A DNA stretch of 56,541 nt, filler included, from Malacoraja senta (GCA_038087875.1; 2 parts of 2 records of this genome joined end to end with filler, not necessarily neighbours in it), one strand, 5' to 3'; shown: positions 35,721-50,862, numbered from the whole stretch's first letter. A program made the numbers and translations. The notes: generated from the letters alone by a model not told the origin.

Positions 35721-37169
35721 CAGTTGAACACAGATCATTAAATTTATACAAGGATGTATATGTTATTTGTATGGTCAAAGGATCAGAGAAATAAAAGGAT
35801 CAAGGTATAAATTTTAGGTCACAATTGATCACATGGAATAATAGTTGAGGCTCAAATGCCTGAATTCCTATTACTTTTATATTCTGCATTTCAACATTTT
35901 TGTATTTATCGTGGCCACATTTCCTCTGCATCGAAGAACATGATAACTGGGATGCTTAAAAGGAACCGAGACCCTGGTGCCAATGCCTTTTTGTAGATGC
36001 ATACATTGGTTTGGTGTTCACAAAGCGAGGACAAATCAGAAATAATTTTCTGAACACGCCATCCATTGCTATTTCAATGTGCTTATCCAAGATACAAAAA
36101 AATAATACTATATTAATCTATATTAAAAAATGTTTGGATAAAATAAACAAAACACGGTCATCGAATGTCCCTGGGTAAGTCGTCCACCCCCTGCCCTCCA
36201 CCCCTTTGAGAAGTGGCTGAAGGGAGATATTAAAATACATAAAGCATTTAAATGAATCACTATGGTGAAAACTTTTCCACCATAAAATCCAGCAGTGAAT
36301 TCTACAGAGAATGCTCCCTCTCCTCCCCTCCCACCCAATACAGGTGAGAATGAGGATCCAGATCATTGAATTGCATTTAGGGGACGGCTGGGCAAACACA
36401 AAAGAGAAAAGAACAGTCGGTTCTACATTGGAGAATCCAGCATAGACTTGCCAACCATGTTGCAGATCGCATAAGGTGGGAAGAGGGTCATGTGGACTAT
36501 ATGCAGCAGTATTGGCAGGATAGGCAGAGTGGCCTGTTCCTTCACACTATTCTCTACTACAACCTTGTATTACTTTGACTGCCAATTCATTTTTTGATCA
36601 TTTTGTTCCCATTCATTCTTTAAAAAATACAAAATCAACTTTGGCGTAAGATAACTGTGATTGATGCTGTTGCAAATAAATGGAGGCAATACATTTTCTT
36701 AACAACAATTTAATTTTGCGCCTTGCATATTATATCTTTCATATTATATCTTGCATATTCCATATATCTTGCCTTTACTTCGCAACATGAAGCCACTATA
36801 AAACAGGGTGCAATCCAATGTGTTTACTTGGATTTCATGCCAATATATTTCAAAAAATCTTATACGCAATGGTCTATTCATCAAACACATTCTACAGGCA
36901 ACTATTATTAGGTGAAATCACCTTGATCACTGAACTTGATCACTGTGCCACCAGTCACCGTGGACAATTTTATATTCATATGGATGATAAATTCTTTGCA
37001 TTAGATTAGAAATGTACAAAGTACAAAAAATCAAGACTTTTGACATCATCAAATAACCAAGCGTTATGTAACAACATTTATTGGTGCTGTGTCTCAGACT
37101 AAATGCAGTGTTAAAACAAAATATATTCTATCCAATAATGACTGTAGCTAATGGAATCTGCAACTAAAA

Positions 37170-37930
37170 ACAGAAGACTGAAAGCATTCAATGGCTCAAG
37201 CTAATTATTGGGACAAATGGTTGATGTCACAAATAGGGTCAAGAACCTGCACCAGGCCTGTGAGGGAAGAGGATGAATTGCCAATATATAGCAATCAGGG
37301 AGGGATAGGACAGAGGCTGGTAGATCAAACGTAGAACCAGGTGGGGAGAGGATAATGGGTAGATGGAAACAGGTAGGAGAGGAGGAGGGAGAGGTGAACA
37401 ACAGGAGAATAAACTGCTCAAATGAAACAGAGGTTCACTTGCACCTCTTTCAACTTTCTCTACTGCATTCATTGCTCACTGTGGTGAAACTAGCTTAGAT
37501 GTCAACCATTTTGTAGAGCACATCCCTTTGAAGTAAAGATCATCCTGAGATCTGTTGTATGGTATTTTAATACCCCTTCCCACTCTCACACTGACCCATC
37601 TGTCATTAACCTTGGGCACAGAAAGTTTTAAGTAAAATATCTGATAATCCACCTGGGTAACTTACAAGCCGATGGTATGAATATAAAGTTTTCACATTTC
37701 AGCTTATCCATACCACTGGTGTTCATTTGTTCTCCCACAACCACCCATACACCAACTTTGCTCCATCTGCCCATCATCCCCTCCCCAGCTGATTCCACCT
37801 GCCACTTACCAGCCTCTGCCCCATTCCTCCTTCAAACTGTTAGAATCTTCCCATCCTCTCCTTCAATTCTAATGCAGTGCCTTGCCTTGAAATGTTGGTA
37901 TATGTCATTTGCCTCCACAGATGCTGTTTG
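37170..37930. mobile_element. Degenerate Penelope remnants
   Basis: aaacagaggttcacttgcacctcttt..tactgcattc (GIY-YIG start) and terminal-repeat-like sequence. Confidence 0.5.
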
Positions 37931-38119
37931 ACCAAGTACTTCCACTGGCCTTTCTTTAGTCTAAAATTCTTGTTGGAAATAACCACAAAGTCTTACTCTA
38001 TCTATAATTGAAACCATTTAATTGGTGCTTAGAGAGCTTTCTAAAATCATGAGGGTGATTGATCAGGATTTATTTTACCCAGGGTAGGGTAATCAAGAAC
38101 CAGCAAAAACAGGTTTAAG

Positions 38120-38759
38120 CAGTGTTCAATGCTAATTTTTTAGGTGTCGGAGCTGTCAAACAGGGGCATTTCAGATTTTGCTGGGGGGGGGGGGCAAGCT
38201 AGTCTCCCTAGAGGGTCAGACAAGATTATAGCCTATTACTACATCCCAGTGTATAGCTAGTACATTAAAACATATAAAACTTAATTTAATGATGACAAAA
38301 TATTGCACGGTTGCACTCACTGATTATCATGAAATATAATTATGAAGCAAGTAAAGAAAAATACGGTTATCATGTATTTTTACAGAGGTGCCGGCAAGAC
38401 ACCGACTCGCCCTGGCTATCCTGCAGCTCTGGGCCTTCACACACACACACTCACACACACATTCTGACCCTCACACCCATTCACCTACACACCCACTCAC
38501 CCACCCACCAGAGTTCCAGGCTGAGCTCCAGACCCACAACCACAAACGATGCACACATCACATGGTCTGTCTCTGCTGCATCATAGTGTTCCCCCCTCCT
38601 ACAGGGAACCTCAGTAGTGATGGGTCTTCCCCTTACCCCTCTTTTAATCAGGTTACCCCGACCACACATCCGCTAATTAAAATTCCACCCTGTTTATTTT
38701 TTCTTTAACAGAGGTGCCGGATCGGTGCTCAGGTGAGCTCCGGCAGCACTGCACCCCTG
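38120..38759. mobile_element. Non-autonomous hAT-type element with 8-bp TSD (GGTTTAAG), inserted in a CR1 3' fragment
   Basis: GGTTTAAG at 38112-38119 and 38760-38767; ends CAGTGTTCAATGCT / CAGGGGTGCAGTGCT (reverse complement); CR1 text resumes across the site. Confidence 0.8.
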
Positions 38760-39029
38760 GGTTTAAGGTGAGGAGGAAGATTTAGTAGGAACCTGAAAGG
38801 CAACCTTTTCTACTAAGAGGTTACTGGGTGTATGGAATGAGCTGCCAGCGAAGGCAGAATAACAACATTGAAAATACACTTGGACAGGTACATGCATAGA
38901 ACATGTTGAGAGGAATGTGGGCCAAACGCTGGCAAATGTGACTAACCTAAATGTAGCATCTTGTTCAGCTTGGAGCATTAGGCTGAAGTACCTACTTCCA
39001 TGCTATATGGCTCCATGACTCTTTGTTAG

Positions 39030-39480
39030 ATGAACATAAACATGGCAAATGAAGTTTAATAATGGAACATATGTGCTCACACACTCTGGTAAGAGCAATT
39101 AAAAGATGCTATTATCTAAATGGAGTGAGATTGCAAATGAGTGGAGTACAAGAGATTCAAGTGCTTAGAGTGCAAAACAAAAAGCCAGCAGGTAGATGCA
39201 GCACACAACGCAGAAGGTGAGTAGCATTCAAAGTAGGTTACTATTGTAATTATGGTACATGATGTTGCTAAGGACATATCAGGAGCACTGTGCACAGCTT
39301 GGTCCTCAAATTTAAGAAAGGATATATTAATATTGGATATCAGCTAGAAGAGATTTCTGGAATAAGCAAGTGTTGCCTAACCATGAATGGCTGAAATCAC
39401 TGGTTCTGTGTCCCTTGGAGATGAGAAGAAACAGAGTTAACCTTATGAATGTATTAAAGAGGCATGATGTGGTGGTGAAT
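39030..39480 (+). mobile_element. Old CR1 RT C-terminal remnant
   Basis: Decayed YYLNG, LLQLY..L.RT..EHC.QLWS and LRKDIL motifs. Confidence 0.55.
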
Positions 39481-39906
39481 TGATAGATAATGCGTGGATA
39501 TATTCTAAAAGAACAGGGAATTGTGTCTTATGTGGAATAAGCACAGTAAAGGGGTTGAGGCCTCAGTCATATCAGTTGTTATCAACATAAGTTGCTAGAT
39601 AGCTCTAATTTGTACAAATGCAGGGCAGTCTATTGAGAATTTCTGTCATGTTTGATAAACTTAATTTAACTCTTTCCATTTATTTCAGTTCCTGCATTTT
39701 AATCACATCCATGAAATCTTCTACTCAGGGATTGGTTAGCAGTGCACGTTCTGCTTTGGTTGAATATTTTGATAATCTGAGGAGGGAAATTAAATATTAG
39801 ACAACAAAGAAATGGCATAGCAGAGAACAGAACTCAGAAAGATGCAACTAGTTTATTCGCTTTAACTGTTGATTCATCCCACATAACATCTTCCTTCCAG
39901 ATATAA

Positions 39907-40420
39907 AGGCACAGCGCCAGACACCTGGGTTTGATCCTGACCACGGGTGATGTCTGTACGGAATTTGTACCTTCTCCCTGTGACTGCATAGGTTTTCTCC
40001 AGGTGCTCCAGTTTCCTCCCACATTCCAAAGACAGATGTGCAGGTTTGTAGGTTAATTGACTTGTGTCCCTAGCTTATGTGGGTGATCGTTGGTTGGTGC
40101 GGACTCAGTGGGCCGAAGTGTCTGTTTCAATGCTCTCTCTCTAAACTAAACAAAAAACTCAATACTCCTTCAAATAGTTTCGTTCACACAAGTTCTATGT
40201 TATCTAACTTTCGCTTCCACACTAGGGTCAAATTACAGAGACCAATTAACCCATAAACCTGGCATCTTTAGTATGTGTGTGAAAACTGGCGGACAGTGGA
40301 AACCCATGCGGTCATAGGGAATACATGCAAACTTCACACAGCCGACAACCGAGGTTAGGATTGAACTGATGTGTATGACGCATTGAGGCAGCAACTCTAT
40401 CAGCAGCGCCACTCTGCCTC
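39907..40420. mobile_element. Two tail-to-tail HE1/V-SINE-type SINEs (plus 39907-40155, minus about 40175-40420)
   Basis: V-domain present on each strand. Confidence 0.7.
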
Positions 40421-40792
40421 GGGTTGCGTCATGTTCAGCACAAACGTTGTTGGACAAAGGACCTGTTCCTCTATTGCAGGGGCATTCCCATTCACCGTAA
40501 CATTCAGCGAACTCAGCACCATTGGGTCACTGGAAATATTCCCTGCCTGACCATCAGATCTCTCCAGATCAGTCGGACAGACACCAGTTAGGCAGCATCT
40601 GCCTGCAAATGATTCATGTCCCTCAAACCCCTGCATCTCCATGCACCCACGAAGGTGCACCCCAGACGCCACCATCCCTGGCAGTGCTTTCCAGGCACAC
40701 ACCACATAGTATGTAATAAAAACTTGCCCTTTTTAAAAAACTGCAGCTTCTACCCTGCACTGAATATAATGCAATAATTTAAATGCCATAGT

Positions 40793-43700
40793 AGCCATGG
40801 TGAATGTCTATGCACCAAATATTGATCACCCTGAGTTTTTTAAACAGTTAATTGCATCCTTTCCTAATTTCAATGAACACTTTTTAATAATGGGTGGAGA
40901 CTTCAATTGCTGTTTGAATCCCTCGATTGATAGGTCTACATCTGATCATGTGCTTCCAAATACATCAGCTAATTTTATTATTTCTTTTTTACTTGACTCG
41001 GGAATGTTAGAAATTTGGAGATTCTTACATGCAAATGACAAAGAATTTTCATTTTTCTCTCATGTATATCATAGTTATTCTAGGATCGACTACTTCATAA
41101 TAGATTCTCGGCTAGTTCCATCGGTCATTGCATGTGAGTATGATACAATTGCTATTTCTGATCATGCACCAGTGAAACTATTGATCAAACTATCTGATTC
41201 CAAGTTTAGTGCTAAACAATGGCGATTTAATGCTACTTTGCTTCAAGACTTAAACTTTATTAAGTTTATGAAAGAACAGATTGCTTTTTACTACTTGACA
41301 AACTCTAATGAAGAGATATCCAATGGTATAGTTTGGGATGCTTTTAAGGCATATATTCGTGGACAAATCATTTCATACTCCGCGGGATTAAAAAAAACAA
41401 ACACAAAATGAAATACGCACATTGGCTGACGAGATTAAATAAATTGATAAAAAATATTCAAAAGCTCCTAGTTTAGAGCTCTATAAGAATAGAGTTGAAC
41501 TTCAATTGAGATATGATTTGTTATTAGTATCACCGATTGAGAACCAGTTACTTAAAACCAAAAGTAAATTTTATATACATGGCGATAAATCTGGTAAATT
41601 ACTTGCTAATCAATTGAAAGCAGTGTCGGCCAAGCGTCAGATTACTAAAGTGAGTAAACGGGATGGTACAGTAACTGTAAACCATGACGAAATTAATAAA
41701 TCCTTTCAGGAATTTTATACCTCCCTATACCAATCAGATTTTCCTACTGATTCCAATATAATGCATGAGTTTTTAAAGAAACTGAACTTACCAAATTTAC
41801 CATACAATGAGTCTCTGTTGTTAGATGAACCCATCACGGAAGAAGAAATACAGAAAGCAATTTTTTCAATGAATTCTGGTAAAGCTCCCGGTTTAGATGG
41901 GTTTACAGTAGAATTTTAAAAGTATTTCTCAAATTTATTGTCTCCATGGCTATGCAAGGTATTTAAAGAAGCCTTTTTAAGGAATAGATTACCACAATCT
42001 TTTTATGAAGCTTCTATTTCTTTAATTAAAAAAAAAGATAAAGCCCCTACTGAAGTGACATCATATCGACCTATATCAATGTTAAATGTAGATTTTAAAA
42101 TTCTTTCCAAAATATTACCTATGAGATTGGAAAAGATTTTACCGCAAATTATCTCTGAAGATCAGACGGGTTTTATTAAAAATCGTTACTCATTCTTTAA
42201 TGTAAGGAGATTAATAAATATTGTATATACAGCATCTAATAAAACCCCAGAATGTGTCATCTCACTTGATGCCGAGAAGGCTATTGATAGAGTAGAATGG
42301 AATACTTATTCAATATACTTGATTCAAGATTGGTCCAAAATGTATCTCTTGGATCAAACTGCTATATCTTATACCTCAGGCTTCTGTATTTACTAATAAT
42401 CAGAGATCCTCTTTTTTCAGGCTCTTTCAATGTACTAGACAGGGCTGTCCCTTAAGTCCTTTACTATTTGATATTGCTTTGGAAACTTTAGCTACTGCTA
42501 TTAGGGAATCCCCTAATATTTTTGGTATTGTCCGTGGGAATAAGACACATAAGCTATCTCTTTATGCAGATGATCTGTTATTATTTATTTCTAACCCTGA
42601 GAAATCTATTCCGGCAATAGTAGCATTACTTAATCAATTCAGTCGTTTTTCTGGTTATAAACTAAATCTTAGTAAGGGTGAGCTTTCCCATTAAATAATT
42701 TTGTTTCGAGTTATGGATAGTTTCCATTTAGATTGACTACCGAAGGTTTTACTTATTTAGGTATTAAGATCACCAAGAAACACAAGAATTTATTTAAAGC
42801 TAATTTTATTCCTTTAATTGACCATATTAAACATCAGTTCACTAAATGGTCACCAATGTCCTTATCCTTAATTGGCCGAATCAATGCTATTAAAATGTTC
42901 ATTTTACCTAAATTTCTGTATTTATTTCAGACGATACCAATTTTCATTGCCAAATCTTTCTTTGATATTATAGACTCTAAAATTTCTTCATATATATGGC
43001 AGAATAAAAATCCCAGACTAGGTAAAAAATACCTACAGAAATCCCCAAAAGATGGTGGTTTGGCATTGCCGAACCTTAGACTCTACTATTGGGCAGTCAA
43101 TGTTCGTTATTTAACATTTTGGACAAAAGATTTAGAAGATACCCAATGCCCTGGATGGATAAACCTAGAACGTGATTCCTTACAAGGGCTATCATTGACT
43201 TCTATTCTAGGGACCTCGTTACCTTATACAATTACGAGATTGAATAAATATATGACGAACCCAATAATAAGACATACGTTCTGAATACGGTTTCAATTTC
43301 GTAAGTTTTTTGGACTAAATGATTTTATCCAAATTTCTCTTCCAACCATCTAGTACTGATCAAGTTTTTTTGTTATGGAAGAGGAAGGGATTAGTAGCTT
43401 TTCGTGATTTGTTTTTGGAGGGTTGTTTTATGTCTTTCGAACAACTCTCCAATAAATATCTTACCTAATTCACACTTTTTTAGATATTTACAAATTAGAC
43501 AAAAGGAACTACCCCTTTTTCCGCTACCACATCAACCCGAAATTTTAGATTTTTTTTTACAGTTGAACCCTTATCAGAAAGGATTAATAACAACTGTTCA
43601 TGAGTTGATTTTAAAATTACAAATAGATACATTTGATAACCTTAAGAATGACTGGGAAAGAGAACTCCAAATTTCTTTATCTATAGAGAAATGGGAGAGG

Positions 43701-44691
43701 ATCCTTCAATTAGTTAATACCTCTTCAATGTGTGCAAGACACACTTTGATACAATTCAAGGTGGTTCACAGAGCTCATATGTCAAAAGATAAGTTAGCTC
43801 GTTTTTATGGTCATATAAATCCTACCTGTGACAGATGTAACTCTGAAGTGGCATCACTGACCCATATGTTTTGGTCCTGCCCTCTTTTTGAAAAATATTG
43901 GAAAGAAATTGTTGATACTATTTCGGTAGTCTTAGGTATAGATTTACAACCTCATCCTATTACTGCAATTTTTGGGTTACCAATGTTAGATTCTATTCAT
44001 TTGTCCCACTCCGCCCATCGGTTGATTGCTTTTACCACATAAATTGCCAGAAGATTTATTTTCTTTAAATGGAAATATTCCAACCCTCCGACCACACTCC
44101 AGTGGTATTCTGAAACGATATCATGTTTAAATTTAGAAAAAATCAGAAGTGTTGAACACTTGGTTAAATTTGATAAGACTTGGGGAAAATTTATTGAACA
44201 CTTTCATACAACATAAATTGATCCCTCTTTAACCGTTATAAAAATTATTTTACCTTCATAGGGTGGAACGGACTTGACGACAAACAGACTTAAATTGTTG
44301 AATTTCTCAGTTCAGATTCGGTTTTGCTCTGTTTTGTTTTATTTATTTATTTTAATTTTATTCTTATTTTATTATTATCAATTTAAAAAAAAAATTAGTT
44401 TAGGGGGGTTTTGTTTTTTCTTTTTCTTTTTGTCTTTTTATCTTTGCTTTTTTTTTAACATTTATGTTTCCTTTTAAAGATTTAACTATATTTACATAGA
44501 GACCGAGAGGTCTATATTCATTGTGTATTTTGACTGGTCTCATATTAGTTTATACCTGTTATTAATGTGTTGAATCCTGATCCCTATGTATCAATACCAT
44601 TGTTATGTTTATCATTATTCTTTTTGCTCTGTTTTTTATGTTTTATTTTTGTTTTTTGGAAAAAAAACAATAAAAAGATTTTAAAAGAAAG
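40793..44691 (+). mobile_element. 5'-truncated L1-clade LINE (ORF2 EN C-half, RT, C-terminal CCHC), disrupted
   Basis: NVYAPN, GGDFN, YSRIDYF, SDHAPV, KAPGLDGF, YRPIS, LDAEKA.DRVEW, TRQGCPLSP, YADD, CDRC..LTHMFWSC; T-rich 3' UTR and A-rich tail. Confidence 0.95.
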
Positions 44692-45449
44692 GTACTGAAT
44701 AAAAAAGTTGGGATGTTCTGCTACAGTTGTACAAGATGTTGGTGAGGCCACATTTGGAGTATTGTGTTAAGTTTTGGTCACTCCACTATCAGAAGGATGT
44801 CATTAACAGGGCCTGTGATTCAAGGAGAGGATGAGAATGCTTGGACTTTAGTCCTTGGCACGCAAGAGGCTGAGGGGTGATCTTATAGAAGTTTATAAAA
44901 TCAAGGAGCATAGATAGATTGAATGCACAGAATCTTTTAACCAGCCTTATGTAATCAAGAACCAGAGGACTTAGGTTTACGGTGAGAAGGAAACGAGTTA
45001 CTCGGAACCAGAGGAAGTGGAAATATGGAAGAACATTCCAGGGGAAGGTGTTGAGGCAGGTATTAAAAATCATTTAGAACACATCTGGACAGGTACATAC
45101 TGTAGATAGGAAAGGTTCAGTGAGATATGGGTCAATTGCAGGGAAATTGTAGTTTAAACATGGCATCTTGGTTGGCATGGCCAAGTTGAGGCAAAGGGCC
45201 CATTTCCATGCCGTATGACTCTATGGCTCCATGGGCTTGAAAAGCCAATTCTTTTCCGTTCCACTGCTAAATGATAGTTAATCACCCTCACTAATAGTGA
45301 CCACAATGGCAGACCCATGACCATGACTGGTTTACAGTGATAATAAGCTAACCATTGCCAGTTCAAATATGCATGTCGTTGATGTTCAATGACTAAATTG
45401 TTGCTGCATTCTTAGTTTTGGCATGGTTCTGATCTGGGTGCTGGAGCTG

Positions 45450-45598
45450 TTAGACATCTTGATACCATGAAAGCAGAACCTCAATTTCAGGAAATATACT
45501 TGCTGAATGGTGTCTCAGACCAGCAATGCCTGGGAACATTGTATTTTGAAGAGGAAATATCACACAACCAAGGCCAAGTGCTCGAGAAAGCTGCACGT
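45450..45598 (-). CDS. Candidate cytoplasmic exon, copy 3 (shorter, ends ...EIEVLLSWYQDV*)
   Basis: Paralog of 4878-5083 with CAA changed to TAA at 45450-45452. Confidence 0.33.
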
Positions 45599-48076
45599 CT
45601 GTTATTTCAATGAAAACTCTGCTCTTCATCCATCTTGTCATTTTGATCACCCAGTTTAGTTTATAATATTGTATAACATTTGCAATCAATTCTCACAGTT
45701 TATGACATTTACAGCTGGCGTGAAGATGCATCAGTCAATACCTTCTGTCTTCCAATTTAGTTTATTTAATAGAAAGATAGAAACATAAAAAAATAGGTGC
45801 AGGGATAGGCTATTCTGCCCTTTGAGCCACCCCATTCAATACAATCATGGCTGATCATCCAAAATTAATACTCTGATCTGGCTTTTTCCCCAAATCCCTT
45901 GACTCCCTTAGCCCTAAGATCTAAATCTAACTCTCTCTTGAAAACAGTGATACAGTGTGTAAACAGGCCATTTGTGCCACCAAATCCATACTAACCAGCA
46001 ATCCCCATTCATAATAGATTTCCCATCCACCCCTACACTATCAGGGTGACTTACCGAGGATGATTACCTGCACACCTGCTCAACTTTGGGATATGGGAGG
46101 AAACCGGAGCTCCCTCAGGAAGCCCACAGTCACAAGGAGAACGTGCAAACTCCACGTAGGCAGTACCCGAGGTCCAGATTGAACCTGAGTCTCTGGCGTT
46201 GTGAGGCAGCAGTTCTACCAGCTGCACTACCATGCTGCATTACGTACAAACTCTAAATCCTACACTGACTTTCCCTTCCACTTTTTATATTCAACACAAT
46301 AACTCCTTTACACAGGAGGAAAGTGAACTGCAATTCATCACCAGAATATATCTTACAACAGTATGATCACAGGCAAGAAACCAGTGATATAGATGACTGA
46401 ATTTACACTAAAACCCTGATCATCCAGCTCTCTTGGGATTTGGGAAATGGTAGAGTTTAAGGACTGCTGCATGTTACTCCAAACATACTTTAATTCAACT
46501 AATTTAAGCACTTGTTGAGCAAGTCAGTGGTTGAGGTGCATCTGTACACTACTATCAGACTTAAGCGGAGGAATACCCATTGTAATTTGCCTGAAGAGTC
46601 TCGAACCAGATTGTCACCTATCCATGGTCTCCAGGGATGTTGCCTGACCTGCTGAGTTACTATAGCACTGTCCCTCACAGTCTTTCCCAATCTTATAAAT
46701 CAAAAATAGTCAGCATCTTTCTACATCATAAAGAGTCATGGAAATATGCAGCATACAAACATGGCCTTTGTCCCACTGACCTGCACCAACCATTCATGTA
46801 CACTAATCCTATATTTGTCCCACATTCTCATCAGCTCTCCCCACATTGTATCATGCACAATCTAGGGGACAACTAACCTACCAAACAATGTTTTGGGGAT
46901 GTGGGAGGAAACCAGACCATCTGGTGAAACCCACATGGTCACAGGAACAACATGCAAACTCTACAGATACAACAGCCGATGTCGGTATTTAATTCAGGTC
47001 TCTGGCTTTGTGCTGTCCTGTTTCACATTGTAGTCCACCTGTCATGTTGTTGCTCATTCATTCGGCTTTCCACCTTGAACCATTTCTCCCACTACTCACA
47101 TTCCCACTTAATTTTGAGTTTTCCAGCAACAGCGGCCTTGGTGGCAGCTACTGTGTGCAGCGGTAGAGTTGCTGCCTTACAGTGCTTGCAGAACCGGAGA
47201 CCCGGGTTCGATCCCGACGACTGATGCTGTCTGTACAAAGTTTGTACGTTCTCCCCATGACCGCGTGTGTTTTCTCCAAGATCTAAGGTTTCCTCCCACA
47301 CTCGAAAGACGTACAGGTATGTAGGTTAATTGGCTTGGTGTGCGTGTATAGGATAGTGTTAATGTGCGGGGATCGCTGGTCAGCGCAGACTCGGTGGGCC
47401 TAAGGACCTGTTTCGTCACTGTATCTCTAAATTAAACTAAACAAAACTAGTAAATGTTAAACTGCAACCAATCTGCCTCATAGCTGACTTGGATCATGAA
47501 CAGTGCGAGCCCCCAACAAAGCAGCACAGTGTCAGAACTCGTAGAGCTGCTGCCTCACAGCGACACAGACCCGGGTTCAATTTTGACCTTGAGTGCCATC
47601 TATGTGGAGTTTGCACGTTTTCCGTGTAACCGCATTGGATCCCTCCAGGGGCTCCGGTTTCCTCACACATCCTAAGATGTGTCAGTTTATAGTTTAATTG
47701 GCCACTGTAAATTGCCCCTAGTGGGTGGGTGACTGGATGAGAAGGTGCAATGAGATAGAATTCATGAGAACAGGTGGTTGGCATGGACACGGTGGGCCGA
47801 AAGGACTGCTTGCATGCTGTACTTTTTAATCACTCATTGATATTTCTAGGATTTGGGGCAGTGAATCCATAATGTATAACATTTTTTTACACTGAATTCA
47901 CAATTTTTAAATATCTGATTATCAGAAACATTTAACAACAGCACAAAGGCTAGTTGACAGAGGTGACTGTCGAGGCATTTCAGGTGTAGCTGCTGCCTTA
48001 TCCTACTTGAGATCGATCATTTCTTCAAGCCCAATACCTTTACTAGCAACAGTGCATCACAATTTTTCCATCTTAC

Positions 48077-48184
48077 CTCTCCTCTTTTTTCTCCACCAAA
48101 CAATTACTGCCAAGACAATAGCCAGCAATATCAGCACACACACGGCAATAAGGCCTATGTGCCTGTCTTTCTTCCTATTTCCTT
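48077..48184 (-). CDS. Transmembrane exon, MHC class I-like copy 3
   Basis: Intact splice sites; GNRKKDRHIGLIAVCVLILLAIVLAVIVWWRKKRR, two substitutions relative to copy 1. Confidence 0.87.
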
Positions 48185-50862
48185 CTGAAAAATAAGAATG
48201 CATAATTTTACAAATCAATTGCTAAGCTGTGCAGCTAAATAGATGGGCACTGTCTGAAGACTTCAGAGTGAAGAAGGGTCTCGACCCGAAATGCCACCTA
48301 TTCCTTTTCTCCAGAGATGCTACCGGACCGCTGAGTTACTCCCGCATTTTGTGTCTATCTTTGGCGCTTTTCAAGGTATATAAGATGATATGGTGTTTTG
48401 AATCACGGAGTTCTGCAGCATGGCAAAGGGACAATATATGTTCTGTACAACTCTATGATCTATCGCACCATCACAGCCACAACTTAATTCAAGAAAGAAG
48501 GTGAATTGAAAGCAGAAAGCTTTAACCCTATATAAACTAACATCTGTTTTGGGAAAAATGCTGGATTCCTTTCAGTAATGGCAGAACATTTAAGTAATAA
48601 CAAAACAATAAAGTGCATTAACAGGGCATTAACAGGAAAATTGTAGAAAGAGATGCAGATACTGATTTACACAAAAGCTTTAGTTTAGTTTATTGTCACG
48701 AGTACTGAGGTACAGTGAAAAGCTTTTGTTTCATGCTAACCAGTCAGTGGAAAGAATATACATGATATACACAAAATGCTGGAGTAACTCAGCGGAATAG
48801 GCAACATCTCTGGCGAACATGGACTCAGTCAGAAGGATCGTGACCCAAAACATCACCTATTCTTTTTCTCCAGAAATGCTGCCTGACCAGCTGAGTTATT
48901 CCAGCAATTTGTGTCCATCTTCAGTGTAAACCAGCATTTGCAGTTTCTCCCTACACATGGACAGGTGACATTTCGTTTACGGACCCTTCTTCAAACTTTG
49001 TTTGAGAAATTGATTAGAATTCTTTGAAAATGCAACAGGAACCCGTAGACAATGTATATTTGAGCAGCAGTAGTTTGCAGGTGTGCACAGCCTAAAATTC
49101 AAAAACAAAATGATGGAAAAGCAGAATAGGTAACAAAATTGGAATGAGAAACAAAAGAAATACAATATATTGTAGAGATCCAAGCGTCGTGAACAAATCA
49201 ATGTTTTTTTTTAAAAGAAATACAGTTTTGGCACACTCGCGTTTAGTAAGGACTTGAGCAAAGTTCCCACCGTTGTAATCGGGCACACCAGTTGACTGGC
49301 GATTAACTCATCACCAACTCCCACCAAAACCCTATCACTCACGTGATAGTCCCAGCTCCCCTGACGAGGGTTCTAGCAATAAGTGGCCTGACCACCAGAT
49401 GTCGCCAGAATATCTGGATTTTCATAAGATATCTGATCAAGTGATGCAAAGGCACATGGCTTATGACATTGGGGGTAATAATTAGCATGAATGGAAAAAC
49501 AATTAAGAGCAAGCAGAGTCTTAAAGGAGTGTTTAGGTTGGGAAACTGCAACTGCAGGATGGGAATCAATGCAAGAAAGTGAACTACTTATCGTTAGTAT
49601 TAAGAGCAGATGAAGGGACTGGTGGCGCTGTAGCCTAGATTGCTGATGATACATAGATAGGTTGGAAATTAAGTTCTGGAGTATGTCAACAGTCTTCAGA
49701 GTGAAACATCAGATTCCTTATTTGTGCATTGTTCGAGGGAATCTTCAAAAGTAAACATTTGTGTAGGTTAGTGCAGCATACCTGGAATCAAACTACTACG
49801 ATCGCTGTTTGTCAGGCAGTTATATTTTTCATTGCTGAATCTGTAACTTGCGTCAGGGAACTTACTTCATTAGGTTTCGTTTTATTAATGTCAGATGTTT
49901 CAAGATACAGTGCAAAGGTTTGTTTTGTATGCTATCCAAACAAATTAGATAATACTATAGATAAATAAAAAACTCAAAATCAATAGATAGAGCAAAGAGG
50001 AGGATACAGAGTACAGAATATAGTTCTCAGCATTGTAACACATCAGTTCCATGGACAATGTTCAATGTTCAATGAAATTGAGGTGAATCGGGCATTAAAC
50101 CTACATTATGGAAGGACCCTTCCGAAGCCTGTTAACAGGTGGAAATGGGGTGTTCCTGAGTCTGGCAGTGCTTATTTTCAACTTTCAGTACCTATTGCCT
50201 GATGGGAGCAGGAAGGAGGAATGTGAGAAAGGTGGGATAAGTCTTGTTTTCCAAGGCAACCTGGTGTAGATTGGGTCAATAGTGGGAAGTCTGGGCTGTG
50301 TGATGATCTTTAACTCTTTGTATATTCTTGCAGTCTTGGGCAGTGCAGTTCCCAAATAAAGATGTGATGCAACCCAACAACATGCTTTCTCTAGCAGCAT
50401 CTATAGATGTTTGCTGGAGTCACCAGAGACATGATGAATATCCTCAGTCTCCTGAGGAAGTAGAGGTGTTGGTGTGCCTCCTTGGCTATGTGGTCAGTCC
50501 ATGACCGAATATTGGATAAATTCATGCCAAGGAACACGAAGCTCAATCATTTCCGCTTCGGACCATTGATTTGGATTGGGGCATGTACTCCCCCAGTGCC
50601 TTGCTGTTAATCACATCATGAGGAAAGATTCATTTTTTATTTAAACATACCTTTCATGGATATCAGTTCCACCACTGAGAATCCCAAATACTCCTTCCTT
50701 GTATATTAGTTCCTTATTTACTTACTTTTAATAAATGTTCTGTTGACAAAGTCTTCTGCTCATGTGGAGAGTGGGTGCTGATTACGTGATTACTTAGAGC
50801 AACACCACTAAACAAAGACAGTTTAAGCATCTTGGAATATGGAATGTACTACATGGGATGTA

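Noticed and set aside
36308-36343. 36-bp phase 1-1 AG/GT-bounded segment (ENAPSPPLPPNT) as a plus-strand mini-exon
   Set aside because: Weak polypyrimidine tract, no paralog or homology support, and such matches arise often by chance.
40480-40720. Plus-strand terminal exon (ctattgcag acceptor, AATAAA at 40715)
   Set aside because: No recognisable protein in any frame and no identifiable upstream exons; needs RNA data.
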